NCBI GenBank assembly: GCA_022820645.1
Contig: JAJEFD010000019.1
Span: forward strand, 64,279 to 128,278
DNA length: 64,000 bases
DNA from: Dehalococcoidia bacterium
Lineage (GTDB): Bacteria > Chloroflexota > Dehalococcoidia > Lucifugimonadales > Australimonadaceae
Direction: 5' to 3'
Shown here: in pieces, positions 16,146 to 25,054 of the stretch
Position numbering within the stretch: position 1 is the first letter of the stretch
Layout of the letters: the number at the start of each line of letters is the position of its first letter
Notes under the pieces: model-generated
What the model saw: the letters and a program-made list of their open reading frames with translations, nothing else
Database searches by the model: none
What the model was told of the DNA's origin: nothing
Made by a program: the position numbers and the translations under genes

Positions 16146-17489
16146 CCGGGCAAGTACCTCGGGCAGGGTAGGTCCCTGCAGGCTGGGCGCGCGCTGCCCC
16201 TCGTAGCGGAAGGCCTCGAGTTTGATGAGCTCGCGGTAGGAGCCGAAGCGCTCCGGGTGCTCGGCTGCGACGTCCAGCGGCTCAGGCTCGTCGGGTTCGA
16301 CCTCGTGCACGCGGCGGGTCTCGTAGAGCGTCGTGCGCTCGACGGGGAGACGGCCCGCGTCGCGTATCCAGCGCCGCAACTCGGACGGCGGGACGAGTTG
16401 CCCGAAGGACGCGCCTGCCGCTGTGGAGATGCTCTCGTTGATGAGGGTGCCGCCCATGTCGTTGCACCCCGCCGTGAGGAGCAGTTGGGCGAGCTTGGGG
16501 CCCTCCTTCACCCAGGAGCACTGGATGTTGTCTATCCAGCCGTGCAGCATGATGCGGGCGATAGCGTGCATCCGCACGACCTCGGCGCCGGTCGCGCCGG
16601 GGCGCATCTCGTCCGACATCTGCTTCACGAACATGGGCGCTTCAGCGTGGACGAAGCTCAGGGGCACGAACTCGGTGAAGCCGCCCGTCGCCTTCTGGAT
16701 ATCGCGCAGGTACGCGAGGTGGGCGGCGCGGTGTTCGTTGGTCTCGACGTGGCCGAACATGATGGTGGACGTAGTGGGGATGCCGAGCCGGTGCGCGGTG
16801 GTGATCACCTCCGTCCACTGGTCGACGGTGATCCGGCCCGGCGCGATCTTGTCCCGCACGGGCTGGTCGAGTATCTCCGCCGACGTGCCGGGCAGGGAGC
16901 CGACGCCCGCGTCGCGCAGCCCGCGCAGGTAGTCCTCGATGGTCCCGCGCGAGCGGACGGCGCCGTACAGCACCTCCTCGGGGGAGAAGCCGTGGATGTG
17001 GATGTCCGGCAGATCCGCCTTCAACTCGCGCGTCAGGTCTATGTAGAGCGACCCTTCCATCTTTGGGGGCAGCCCGGCCTGGATGCAGACCTCGGTCGCG
17101 CCGAGGTCCGCCGCCTCACGCGCCCGCCGGACGATCTCGTTGAGCGGGAGGAAGTAGCCCTCCTCCTCGCGGAAGTCGCGGCTGAACGCGCAGAAGCCGC
17201 ACCGCTTGATGCAGACGTTCGTGAAGTTGATGTTGCGGTTCACGACGTAGGTGACGCGGTCGCCGTTGACCTGCTGCCGCAGTTCGTCCGCCGTTGCCAT
17301 CAGCGCGAGGAGCGCCGCGCCGTCGGCCTCGAAGAGGCGCGCACCCTCCTCGACCGTGACCTCGCGTCCTTCGAGGGGCTTCGCGAGGATGCGGGCGATG
17401 TCGGCCGGGACTCCGCTCAGCAGCGACTCCAGCCCGGTCCACCCGCGTTCCGTTTGTCCGTTCGATGTGTTTGCTTCGCTCAATTCCAA
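16137..17489 (-). CDS. cofH: FO synthase subunit 2 (radical SAM)
   Basis: NRNINFTNVCIKRCGFCAF radical-SAM motif typical of CofH. Confidence 0.85.
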   Translation of the reverse strand: MELSEANTSNGQTERGWTGLESLLSGVPADIARILAKPLEGREVTVEEGARLFEADGAALLALMATADELRQQVNGDRVTYVVNRNINFTNVCIKRCGFCAFSRDFREEEGYFLPLNEIVRRAREAADLGATEVCIQAGLPPKMEGSLYIDLTRELKADLPDIHIHGFSPEEVLYGAVRSRGTIEDYLRGLRDAGVGSLPGTSAEILDQPVRDKIAPGRITVDQWTEVITTAHRLGIPTTSTIMFGHVETNEHRAAHLAYLRDIQKATGGFTEFVPLSFVHAEAPMFVKQMSDEMRPGATGAEVVRMHAIARIMLHGWIDNIQCSWVKEGPKLAQLLLTAGCNDMGGTLINESISTAAGASFGQLVPPSELRRWIRDAGRLPVERTTLYETRRVHEVEPDEPEPLDVAAEHPERFGSYRELIKLEAFRYEGQRAPSLQGPTLPEVLARSS

Positions 17490-18688
17490 CGCTCCAGTTC
17501 GGGTTTCACATAGCCTTCGCCATCGGTCAACTCAGCGAGGCGGGACGCGACCTGCGGCGACCGCGCCCACGAACCATCGAGGACGTGCGACGGGTAGAGC
17601 GCGGTGCGCTCCCGCAGCTCGTAGCCCGCCTCCCGCGTCAGGGCGCGGAGCCGGTCGGTGTCCGGCCACGCCGCCTCCGGGTTGATGAAGTCCCTGGTCA
17701 GCGGGGAGACGCCTCCCCAGTCGTTGATGCCGCAGAGCAGGTAGGTCTCGTAGCCGTCGGCCTGCAGGTTGGGCGGCGCCTGGATGTTCATCTCCGGGCC
17801 GAGCAGCAGGCGGGCGACCGCCAGCGTGCGGAGCATGTCGAGCGCCGACGGCTCCGGCGCGTACCGCATGCGCGTTGTGGGCTTGGCGCGGAAGTTCTGG
17901 ACGATGACCTCCTGCACGTTGCCGCATCGCTCCTGCACGTCGCGTATCGCCAGCAGCGCGTCGACGCGCTCCTCCGGCGTTTCGCCGATGCCGATGAGGA
18001 TGCCGGTCGTCATCGCGACCCCGAGTCCGGCCGCCGTCTCCAGCGTGGCGACGCGCTGCTCCGGGCGCTTCGTCACCGTTCCGTGATGCGGACCGCCGGG
18101 TTCGTGCAGGCGGAGGCTCGCGCTCTCCAGCATGATGCCCATGCTGGCGTTCCAGGGGGCTATCTCCGCCATCTCGTCGCGGTCGAGCGTGCCGCAGTTC
18201 GTATGGGGCAGCAGGCCGGTCTCCTCCAGCACAAGCCTGCTCATCGCGGCGGCGTACTCGGGGGTCGACTCGAAGCCCAGGTCCCGCAGCGTCTCGCGCA
18301 TCTCAGGGTGACGCTCCTCCGGGTGGTCGCCGAGGCTGAGCAGCGCCTCCTTGCAGCCGAGCTCCGCGCCGCGGCGGGCGACCGCAAGTACCTCGTCCGG
18401 CGTCATCGTGTGCGCGCCGCGCTGGTGGGGTCCCTTGACGAACGTGCAGTAGCCGCAGCGGTCGCGGCAGAGGTTCGTGAGCGGCAGGAAGACCTTGCGG
18501 GAATAGGTGACGCGCCGGTGGGGGCGGGCGCGGTCGTTCAACTCGCAGGCGGCAGCCATGAGCGCGGTGAGGTCGGCGGGGTCGCGCGAGGCGATCAGGC
18601 GATAGCCGTCGTCAGCCATCAGACCCTCGCCTGCGAGCGCCTTCTCGATAACCGACTGGACGGTACTGCGAACGGTCTGCGTTGCCAT
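17480..18688 (-). CDS. cofG: FO synthase subunit 1 (radical SAM)
   Basis: LPLTNLCRDRCGYCTF motif. The start is at MATQTV (ATG 18686-18688); the longer 662-aa ORF is an upstream read-through. Confidence 0.85.
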   Translation of the reverse strand: MATQTVRSTVQSVIEKALAGEGLMADDGYRLIASRDPADLTALMAAACELNDRARPHRRVTYSRKVFLPLTNLCRDRCGYCTFVKGPHQRGAHTMTPDEVLAVARRGAELGCKEALLSLGDHPEERHPEMRETLRDLGFESTPEYAAAMSRLVLEETGLLPHTNCGTLDRDEMAEIAPWNASMGIMLESASLRLHEPGGPHHGTVTKRPEQRVATLETAAGLGVAMTTGILIGIGETPEERVDALLAIRDVQERCGNVQEVIVQNFRAKPTTRMRYAPEPSALDMLRTLAVARLLLGPEMNIQAPPNLQADGYETYLLCGINDWGGVSPLTRDFINPEAAWPDTDRLRALTREAGYELRERTALYPSHVLDGSWARSPQVASRLAELTDGEGYVKPELERWN

Positions 18689-18811
18689 CGCTCCCCGGAA
18701 ACGGAAATGAGTAATCGCACCCGCGACGGCGATACGCCGGTCAGCGGGCCGAGGCGCGATGGGCCTCCCACGGAGGTTGGATGGTACCATGCACGCGAAG
18801 GACGGCCAACC

Positions 18812-19207
18812 ATGGGAACAGGCACACTCGCCGTGCGGTCGCTCGCGATCGCGGTGCTGGCGCTCGCAACACTGGTGTCGCTCGACGCCCTGCGCGATTG
18901 GCTGGGCGACTGGGCGGCGTTGCTCTGGACGTGCGGAACGATGTTCTTCCCGTGGGTCGCGGGGATGGCGGTGGGCCACCGGATAGGCGTCAACGCCCCT
19001 GCGAAGCTCACAGGTGCGGCCATCGGCGTCGTCGTTGTCATCGCCCCGCTGTACGCGTTCGCGGCGATGCCGCTGCGTGACGCTCCGACGAACGGCGACT
19101 GGTGGATGCTCGCAGGACCGTTCGCGGCGCTCGCAGCGGTGCTCGGCGGCATGGCGCTGCCGGTCGGCGTGCGGGTTCGGAGCGCACGGACACGGGCGGA
19201 GGGGTAG
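18812..19207 (+). CDS. Small integral membrane protein, unknown function
   Basis: 131 aa with 4 predicted hydrophobic helices. It is the tail of ORF 17465-19207, which is otherwise antisense to cofG. Confidence 0.45.
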   Translation: MGTGTLAVRSLAIAVLALATLVSLDALRDWLGDWAALLWTCGTMFFPWVAGMAVGHRIGVNAPAKLTGAAIGVVVVIAPLYAFAAMPLRDAPTNGDWWMLAGPFAALAAVLGGMALPVGVRVRSARTRAEG

Positions 19208-19217
19208 CATCTCTGAT

Positions 19218-19982
19218 ATGACAACGCTTGCAGGCAAGACCGCGCTCGTGACCGGTGGCGCGAGCGGCATCGGGAAGGCGATCGCGGAGCGCTTCGCGGA
19301 GGAGGGCGCGCACGTCATCGTCAACAACGTCACGGAGACCGGCAGCAAGGTCGCGGAGTCCATCGGGGGCTCGTTCATCCAGGCCGACCTCTCGGACGCG
19401 GAACAGACGCGGTCTCTCGCCGACGAGGTGCTGCGCGAGCACGGAGGCGTGGACATCCTCGTGAACAACGCAGGCGTTCAACACGTCGCGCCCATAGAGG
19501 AGTTCCCGGAAGAGGAGTGGTCGCGGATGCTCCAGATCATGCTGACCGCTCCCTTCCAGTTGACGAAGCACCTGTTGCCCACGATGAAAGAGCGCGGGTG
19601 GGGGCGCATCATCAACATGTCGTCGGTGCACGGCCTCATCGCGAGTCCGAACAAGTCGGCCTACATCGCCGCGAAGCACGGCATCGTGGGGCTGACCAAG
19701 GCCACCGCCGTGGAGGCGGGAGCGTTCGGCGTCACGGCGAACGCCATCTGCCCGTCGTTCGTGCGGACGCCGCTCGTCGAGAACCAGCTGCCGGACCTCG
19801 CGCGGATGGCGGGCGTGAGCCTCGACGACGTGGTCGAGCAGGTGGTGCTCGCGCAGGCGGTGGTCAAGCGGTTCATCGAGCCGAGCGAGGTGGCGGGACT
19901 CGCGCTCTTCCTCGCGTCGGATGCGGGCAGCGCGCTCACCGGCGCGACGTACAACATCGACCTCGCGTGGACGGCGCGCTGA
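19218..19982 (+). CDS. SDR oxidoreductase, 3-hydroxybutyrate dehydrogenase-like
   Basis: GKTALVTGGASGIGKAIA, NNAG, S..YIAAKHG catalytic triad, C-terminal ...WTAR. Confidence 0.7.
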   Translation: MTTLAGKTALVTGGASGIGKAIAERFAEEGAHVIVNNVTETGSKVAESIGGSFIQADLSDAEQTRSLADEVLREHGGVDILVNNAGVQHVAPIEEFPEEEWSRMLQIMLTAPFQLTKHLLPTMKERGWGRIINMSSVHGLIASPNKSAYIAAKHGIVGLTKATAVEAGAFGVTANAICPSFVRTPLVENQLPDLARMAGVSLDDVVEQVVLAQAVVKRFIEPSEVAGLALFLASDAGSALTGATYNIDLAWTAR

Positions 19983-20050
19983 GCGTTTGACGCACGGCCC
20001 TCGCGGGCGTACGCTCGCGGCATCGTTCAAGCGTATGGAGGAGGTTTGCG

Positions 20051-21130
20051 ATGACGACGACGCAGGATGCTCCGGCCGGTGTGCTCGACCTCTCCGGCGA
20101 GGTGCTGATCTCCGCCGACTCCCACGTGATGGAGGAGCCGGACTTCTGGCACAGCAAGTTGCCCGACAACCTGAAGGGCGACGTTCCCGAATTTCCTCCG
20201 CGCCCCAGGACGGGCACCGCGATGGACGACCAGCGCCCCGGCGGCTACGACCCGAAGGAGCGCATCAATGAGATGGAGACGGACGGCGTCTCCGCCGAGG
20301 TGCTCTACCCGACGCTCGGACTGCGGCTGTTCAGCCTCGAGAGCCCCGAGGCGCAGGAAGCATGCTTCCGCATCTACAACGACTGGCTGATGGAGTACTG
20401 CTCCATCGCCCCCAACCGGCTCGTCGGCATCCCGTGTATCTCCACGTACGACATCGACAAGGCCGTTGCTGAGCTGTACCGCACCCACGAGGGCGGGCTG
20501 TACGGCGCGCTCGTCTGGCAGGTGCCGTACCCGGAGCAGGAACTGCAGTTCACGAGCGGGCACTACGACAAGCTCTGGGCGGCGATGCAGGAACTGGACG
20601 TTCCGGCGCACCTGCACATCCTCACCGGCTTCGACTACAGCGCGCACATGAACTTCGGCGACCGCAAGGGTGACCCGCTACTTGCGCACCGCGGCTCCGT
20701 GAACCTGAAACTGCAGAGCGTCACGAATTCGCTGTTCGACCTCATCTTCACCGGCGTCTTCGAGCGTTTCCCCAAGCTGAAGGTCGTGGTGGTGGAGAGC
20801 GAGATCGGGTGGATACCGTTCGTGCTCCAGCAGTGGGACTACTACTACAAGCGCTTCAAGGACACCCGGCCCATGCCGATGAGCATGCTGCCGAGCGAGT
20901 ACTTCTACCGCAACTGCTACGCCACGTTCTTCAACGACTACGTGGGCGGGCAGCTGCTCTCCTGGTGGGGCGAGGACAACTGCATGTGGTCCACCGACTA
21001 CCCGCACCCCAACTCGCCGTGGCCCAACTCGCGCCGGGTGCTCGCGGAGAACCTCGGTCACCTGTCTGCGGAGACGATCCACAAGCTGGTGAACACGAAC
21101 GTCCGGAAGCTGTACCCCATCGCAGGGTAG
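20051..21130 (+). CDS. Amidohydrolase_2 family protein
   Basis: ISADSHVMEP..., ...WSTDYPHPNS; metal-dependent hydrolase/decarboxylase family. Confidence 0.8.
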   Translation: MTTTQDAPAGVLDLSGEVLISADSHVMEEPDFWHSKLPDNLKGDVPEFPPRPRTGTAMDDQRPGGYDPKERINEMETDGVSAEVLYPTLGLRLFSLESPEAQEACFRIYNDWLMEYCSIAPNRLVGIPCISTYDIDKAVAELYRTHEGGLYGALVWQVPYPEQELQFTSGHYDKLWAAMQELDVPAHLHILTGFDYSAHMNFGDRKGDPLLAHRGSVNLKLQSVTNSLFDLIFTGVFERFPKLKVVVVESEIGWIPFVLQQWDYYYKRFKDTRPMPMSMLPSEYFYRNCYATFFNDYVGGQLLSWWGEDNCMWSTDYPHPNSPWPNSRRVLAENLGHLSAETIHKLVNTNVRKLYPIAG

Positions 21131-21150
21131 GCCTCACCCGGCCCCACCGG

Positions 21151-21190
21151 TTCACCCCCATCCTAACCTTCCCCCATCGAGGGGGAAGGG
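21151..21190. repeat. REP-E
   Basis: TTCACCCCCATCCTAACCTTCCCCCATCGAGGGGGAAGGG; a related copy lies at 44836-44898. Confidence 0.65.
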
Positions 21191-21609
21191 ATATGCGGCC
21201 ATGTTGCGCGGCGCTCCTTGCGAACGACGAACCGCAGGCCGGACCAGGTGTCGTCTATCGCACAGACCTTGTTGTCGACGAGGCCTGTGGGGAGGAGCAC
21301 CTCGCGCAGCACGTCCTCGGTGATGTCGGTAGGCATGCCTGACGAGCGCTTGGGCCACGCGATCCAGTAGCCGCCGTCCGGCGCTATGCGGCGCGCCTGG
21401 TCGACGAACGCGGCTTCCAGCGCATCGCGGCTGACGTGGAATGCGACGAGCAAGTCGACGCCTGTTTCGCTATCACCGGCGCGGCGCACGTCGTCCGGCA
21501 ACTCGCCGAGCGTGGCGTCGAACCCTGGTGGGGCGTCCTCGATGGCGAGCGTTGCGCCCGGCTTGATGCCGAGTTTCCGGGGGAGCGGCGTGCCTGAGTA
21601 GCCGGCCAC
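21163..21609 (-). CDS. DUF3052 domain protein
   Basis: MAGYSGTPLPRKLGIKPG...YWIAWPKRSSGMPTDITEDVLRE...GLVDNKVCAIDDTWSGLRFV. The last ~9 codons and the stop lie inside REP-E. Confidence 0.7.
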   Translation of the reverse strand: MAGYSGTPLPRKLGIKPGATLAIEDAPPGFDATLGELPDDVRRAGDSETGVDLLVAFHVSRDALEAAFVDQARRIAPDGGYWIAWPKRSSGMPTDITEDVLREVLLPTGLVDNKVCAIDDTWSGLRFVVRKERRATWPHIPSPSMGEG

Positions 21610-21612
21610 GGA

Positions 21613-22860
21613 TCAGACTTCAGGGGCGATGCCCCTGAGCACCTGCTCGTCCTCGTCGAAGGCGTCGGCATCGGCGACTTGCGCAGCCCAGGCGCGGACG
21701 CGGTAGGCCTCGCCCTTGTGGACGATGACGGGGATGGTGCCCTCCATCAGGTCGACGGCGGCCTGCATGAGGATGCGGCGCGCGCCTTCCACCGCGCCGT
21801 CGTTGGGGCCGAGCATCTCCTGCGAGCGGTCGACGATCGCGCCCATGCTCTCCTGGCAGGCGAGCGCCATCTCGAACGAGGTCTCGAACCGCGATGCGAA
21901 GTCGGTTGGGCGTTCCTTCCCCTCCGGCACGTAGGCGTTCTCGCGGTTGCGCTCGCGGCGGTACGCGCCCTCCTGGAGTTTCGGATGGATGCGTTTGCCC
22001 TGGCGTATCTCCGTGAGCAGCCGCTTGCTGAGCGGCTTGCGGGGGTTGTAAGTGACCGCGAACGCCATCGTGCTCTCGTCGTCGATCGGGGCCCAGGCCG
22101 TGCCCTCGTAGATGTCGCGCCTGCCGGAGGCGAGCGTGGTGTAGAACGGCATGAGCCACTGGGCGACGGACATCTCCGCCTGCTGCGATTCCGATTCAAC
22201 CGCCGTGCCGACGAGCAGCCCGTACTCGGTCTCGCGCGCCTGCACCGTGTGCGCGGCGTCCTCGCCCATCGGGTCGTCCGGCCCGAGCGCGCCTGCCTTC
22301 TGTAGCGCGGCGACGCGCGCGGCGTCCAGCCCGCCCTCCACGGCCTGCATGTAGTTGCACTCGACGAGGAAGCGGGAGAGATAGCGGTGCTCCGGCTCGA
22401 CGCGCGTCCACTCGAACTCCGGCAGGTCGGGCACGTCGTCCTGCGGGCCGAGGTAGCCCCAGAGCAGGCCGCCGAACTCGACGATGCGGAACGAGGGAGC
22501 CTTCACCTCCGTCCAGAGCGGGCTGTCGGGCGGTTCCAGCGGCATGTCGAGGATGTTGCCGTCGACGTCGAACTTCCAGTAGCAGCGCCCGCAGCGGATG
22601 CCGCCCTCCTCGACGAGGCCGAACGAGAGGTCGGCGCCGCGATGGGGGCAGCGGGCGTCCAGCAGGCCGAGCCTGCCCTGCGTGTCGCGGAATGCAGCGT
22701 AGAACTCGCCGAAGAGCTTGACCCGTATGGGAGGCGAGTCCGGCTCCGGCAGCTCGTTCGCGAGGAGAATGGGCGTCCAGAAGCGGCGGAAGAGCTCGCC
22801 CATCGGAGTCTCCGGCCCCACGCGCGTCAGGAGTTCGTTGTCTTCCTTCGAAAGCGCCAT
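21613..22860 (-). CDS. Rieske-oxygenase alpha-subunit homologue with non-canonical metal ligands
   Basis: N-terminus is typical of phthalate-family oxygenases ([19 protein letters not shown]). It has CPHRG...RCGRCYWKF instead of ...RCxYHGWKF, and [21 protein letters not shown] instead of ...D..H....H. Confidence 0.7.
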   Translation of the reverse strand: MALSKEDNELLTRVGPETPMGELFRRFWTPILLANELPEPDSPPIRVKLFGEFYAAFRDTQGRLGLLDARCPHRGADLSFGLVEEGGIRCGRCYWKFDVDGNILDMPLEPPDSPLWTEVKAPSFRIVEFGGLLWGYLGPQDDVPDLPEFEWTRVEPEHRYLSRFLVECNYMQAVEGGLDAARVAALQKAGALGPDDPMGEDAAHTVQARETEYGLLVGTAVESESQQAEMSVAQWLMPFYTTLASGRRDIYEGTAWAPIDDESTMAFAVTYNPRKPLSKRLLTEIRQGKRIHPKLQEGAYRRERNRENAYVPEGKERPTDFASRFETSFEMALACQESMGAIVDRSQEMLGPNDGAVEGARRILMQAAVDLMEGTIPVIVHKGEAYRVRAWAAQVADADAFDEDEQVLRGIAPEV

Positions 22861-22974
22861 CGGCAGCAGATTCTACCAGCCTTGCGGGATGTTGCTCCTG
22901 GGTACCCGGAAGAGCGGGTGTCAGAGAGGCGTCCGGTATACTTAAGTCAGTCCCCCATAGAGGTAGCGTGCCGT

Positions 22975-24573
22975 ATGTTCCGTCCCCTCATCAGCGCCGT
23001 CTCCCTCCTGGCGCTCGTTCTCCTGACCCTCGCCGCGTGCTCGGAGCCGACGCCGGTTCCGGTCTTCGTCGCGAGGCCGACGCCTACCCTCACGCCAACC
23101 CCGACGTCGACGCCAACGGTAACGCCTACTCCCACGTTGACGCCGACCCCCACCCTGACGCCGACACCCACGCTTACGCCGACGCCGACGCCCACACATA
23201 CGCCGACGTTCACCCCCACGCCGACGGCTACCGGGACCGCGACTCCCACGGTGACGCCTACCCCCACGGCCACCCCCACCCCCACCGCGACGCCATTCCC
23301 CACACCCGTCGCTCCGGGGGCGCCCACCGTCCAGCAGAACGGCACGGATGAGGCCCTCGTGACGTGGAACGCGCCGTCCGGCCCGCAGCCGGTCACCGAC
23401 TACGACTACCGCTACCGCGCGCGCATCCTCGACGGCGAGTGGACCGAGGTGACGAACACCATCGTGTCGGCGACGCAGGCAGAACTCGATCTCCTGACGT
23501 CCGGCACGACGTACGACGTGCAGGTGCGTGCGGTGAACCAGGGCGGCCCCGGTGAGTGGTCGGACTCCGGCAGTGGGCAGACGCTCTTCCCGCCGACGCC
23601 GACCCCGGTTGCGGGGGCGCAACTCCTCACCTTCTCCGACCCGGGCACCGAGACCGCGTCGCTCCAGATCGCGATCGCCCGGACGATCCTGGAGTACGGC
23701 TACGGGTATCGAACGCTCACCGTTGCGGGCACCGAGACCCAGGCGATACGGAACCTGGGGAACGGCCTGACGAACATCCACATGGAAGTGCGGCTTCCGG
23801 CCTTCCAGTCAGTCTGGGACGAGGCTTTGGGAGGAGGCAACCTATTGCCCCTCGGCGACAGCTTCGCGGGCGTCGTTTCCCAGAGCGCGTTCCTCATCCC
23901 GCAGTACACCGCGAACGCGAACCCCGGCCTCTTCAGGGTGCAGGGCCTGCAGGAATCGCAGCACCAGCAGCTATTCGCCGGACCCGACGGCGGGAAAGCC
24001 CGGCTCATCACGTGCGTCACGGAATGGGAGTGCGCGCGCATCAACGAGAAGCAGGTGCACGGGTACGGCCTGGACGAGTACGTCGAGCTGGTCGACCCCC
24101 GTACCCCGGAGGCGTTGTACAACCAGATAGTCTCGGCGTTCGAGAACAGGGAGAATATCCTGTTCTACTACTGGTGGCCGTCGGCGCTGGCCACGACCCT
24201 CGAGGAGTTGGGAGGCTTCGAGCAATTGAGGGAGCCTTCGTTCAGCCAGGGTTGCTGGGACCGGCTGACATCGACCGTCGCGGCGTCGGAGATCACCCAG
24301 GCATGCGAATACCCGGACTCGACGTCGCTCATCGCCGTACGGAAGGACGTAGAAGAGTTCTCGCCGGACGTGGTCGAGTTGTTCAAGCAATGGACGCTGA
24401 ACAGCGCGGAGTTGAACGAGTTGCTGACGTACAAGGGGCGGTTTCGCTTCTTCGTGCTGCAGGAGAGCGAGTACCGCGAGGCTGCGTTCACGTGGCTGCG
24501 CAACTCGGACGAATGGAAGGACTGGGTCGCCACCGGCGTCGCGGACAGGGTGCTCGACGGTATCGGCAGGTAG
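22975..24573 (+). CDS. Lipoprotein: signal peptide/lipobox, Thr-Pro linker, FN3 domain, ProX/OpuAC-like substrate-binding domain
   Basis: LLTLAAC lipobox and about 90 aa of (T/P)n. [19 protein letters not shown]...YDYRYR...[10 protein letters not shown] is FN3-like. The C-terminal part ([11 protein letters not shown]...) resembles glycine-betaine-type SBPs. The ATG at 22975 is in frame with ORF 22387-24573. Confidence 0.55.
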   Translation: MFRPLISAVSLLALVLLTLAACSEPTPVPVFVARPTPTLTPTPTSTPTVTPTPTLTPTPTLTPTPTLTPTPTPTHTPTFTPTPTATGTATPTVTPTPTATPTPTATPFPTPVAPGAPTVQQNGTDEALVTWNAPSGPQPVTDYDYRYRARILDGEWTEVTNTIVSATQAELDLLTSGTTYDVQVRAVNQGGPGEWSDSGSGQTLFPPTPTPVAGAQLLTFSDPGTETASLQIAIARTILEYGYGYRTLTVAGTETQAIRNLGNGLTNIHMEVRLPAFQSVWDEALGGGNLLPLGDSFAGVVSQSAFLIPQYTANANPGLFRVQGLQESQHQQLFAGPDGGKARLITCVTEWECARINEKQVHGYGLDEYVELVDPRTPEALYNQIVSAFENRENILFYYWWPSALATTLEELGGFEQLREPSFSQGCWDRLTSTVAASEITQACEYPDSTSLIAVRKDVEEFSPDVVELFKQWTLNSAELNELLTYKGRFRFFVLQESEYREAAFTWLRNSDEWKDWVATGVADRVLDGIGR

Positions 24574-24632
24574 GGAAGCGGGCAGTCCTTACCCGAGAGA
24601 CGTTTCGACTCCGTTCAACGTGACAGGACGAC

Positions 24633-25040
24633 TTACCGTCCGATGAGGTCCTCGCCGGAGAGGTGCTCGACGGTCTGCCCGGTCTCCGCGAAGGTGCGGG
24701 TGACGCTTGTCGAGGCGTAGACCCACATGATCTTCATAGGGACGTCGCCGGTGTTGCGGAAGCAGTGGGTGACGCCGCCGGGGATGAACGTGGTGTCGAA
24801 AAGGCCGACGGGCCTGACGACGCCGTCTATCTCGCACTCGCCGGAACCCTCCAGCACCGTGACCATCTCCTCGACGTTGTGCGAGTGCATCGGCACGTTG
24901 AGCCCCGGCGGGAAGTGGCTGATGCCGGCGGTGAAGGCGTCGGTGCCGTCCGCGCCGCCCACGAGGGGATAGGTCATCGCGCCGTTCCCGCGCGAGATGG
25001 GGGCCTGCTCGCCGAACCGCATGTATTTCAGGTCTGCCAT
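24633..25040 (-). CDS. Cupin-domain protein
   Basis: 135 aa with PMHSHNVEEMVTVLEG...IPGGVTHCFRN cupin motifs. Confidence 0.75.
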   Translation of the reverse strand: MADLKYMRFGEQAPISRGNGAMTYPLVGGADGTDAFTAGISHFPPGLNVPMHSHNVEEMVTVLEGSGECEIDGVVRPVGLFDTTFIPGGVTHCFRNTGDVPMKIMWVYASTSVTRTFAETGQTVEHLSGEDLIGR

Positions 25041-25054
25041 GGGGTGCTCCTCTC

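Noticed and set aside
18689-18811. Possible riboswitch or leader upstream of cofG.
   Set aside because: I could not recognise any known riboswitch consensus or convincing conserved structure by eye. A covariance-model scan (Rfam/Infernal) would be needed.
22990-23290. Repetitive ACGCC/ACCCC tracts that look like tandem repeats or a possible array. Others lie at 28700-28900, 52950-53200, 60880-61030 and 62340-62540.
   Set aside because: They are in frame and encode irregular Thr/Pro linkers directly after lipoprotein signal peptides. They have no constant period and no repeat-spacer structure, so they are neither CRISPR nor satellite DNA.
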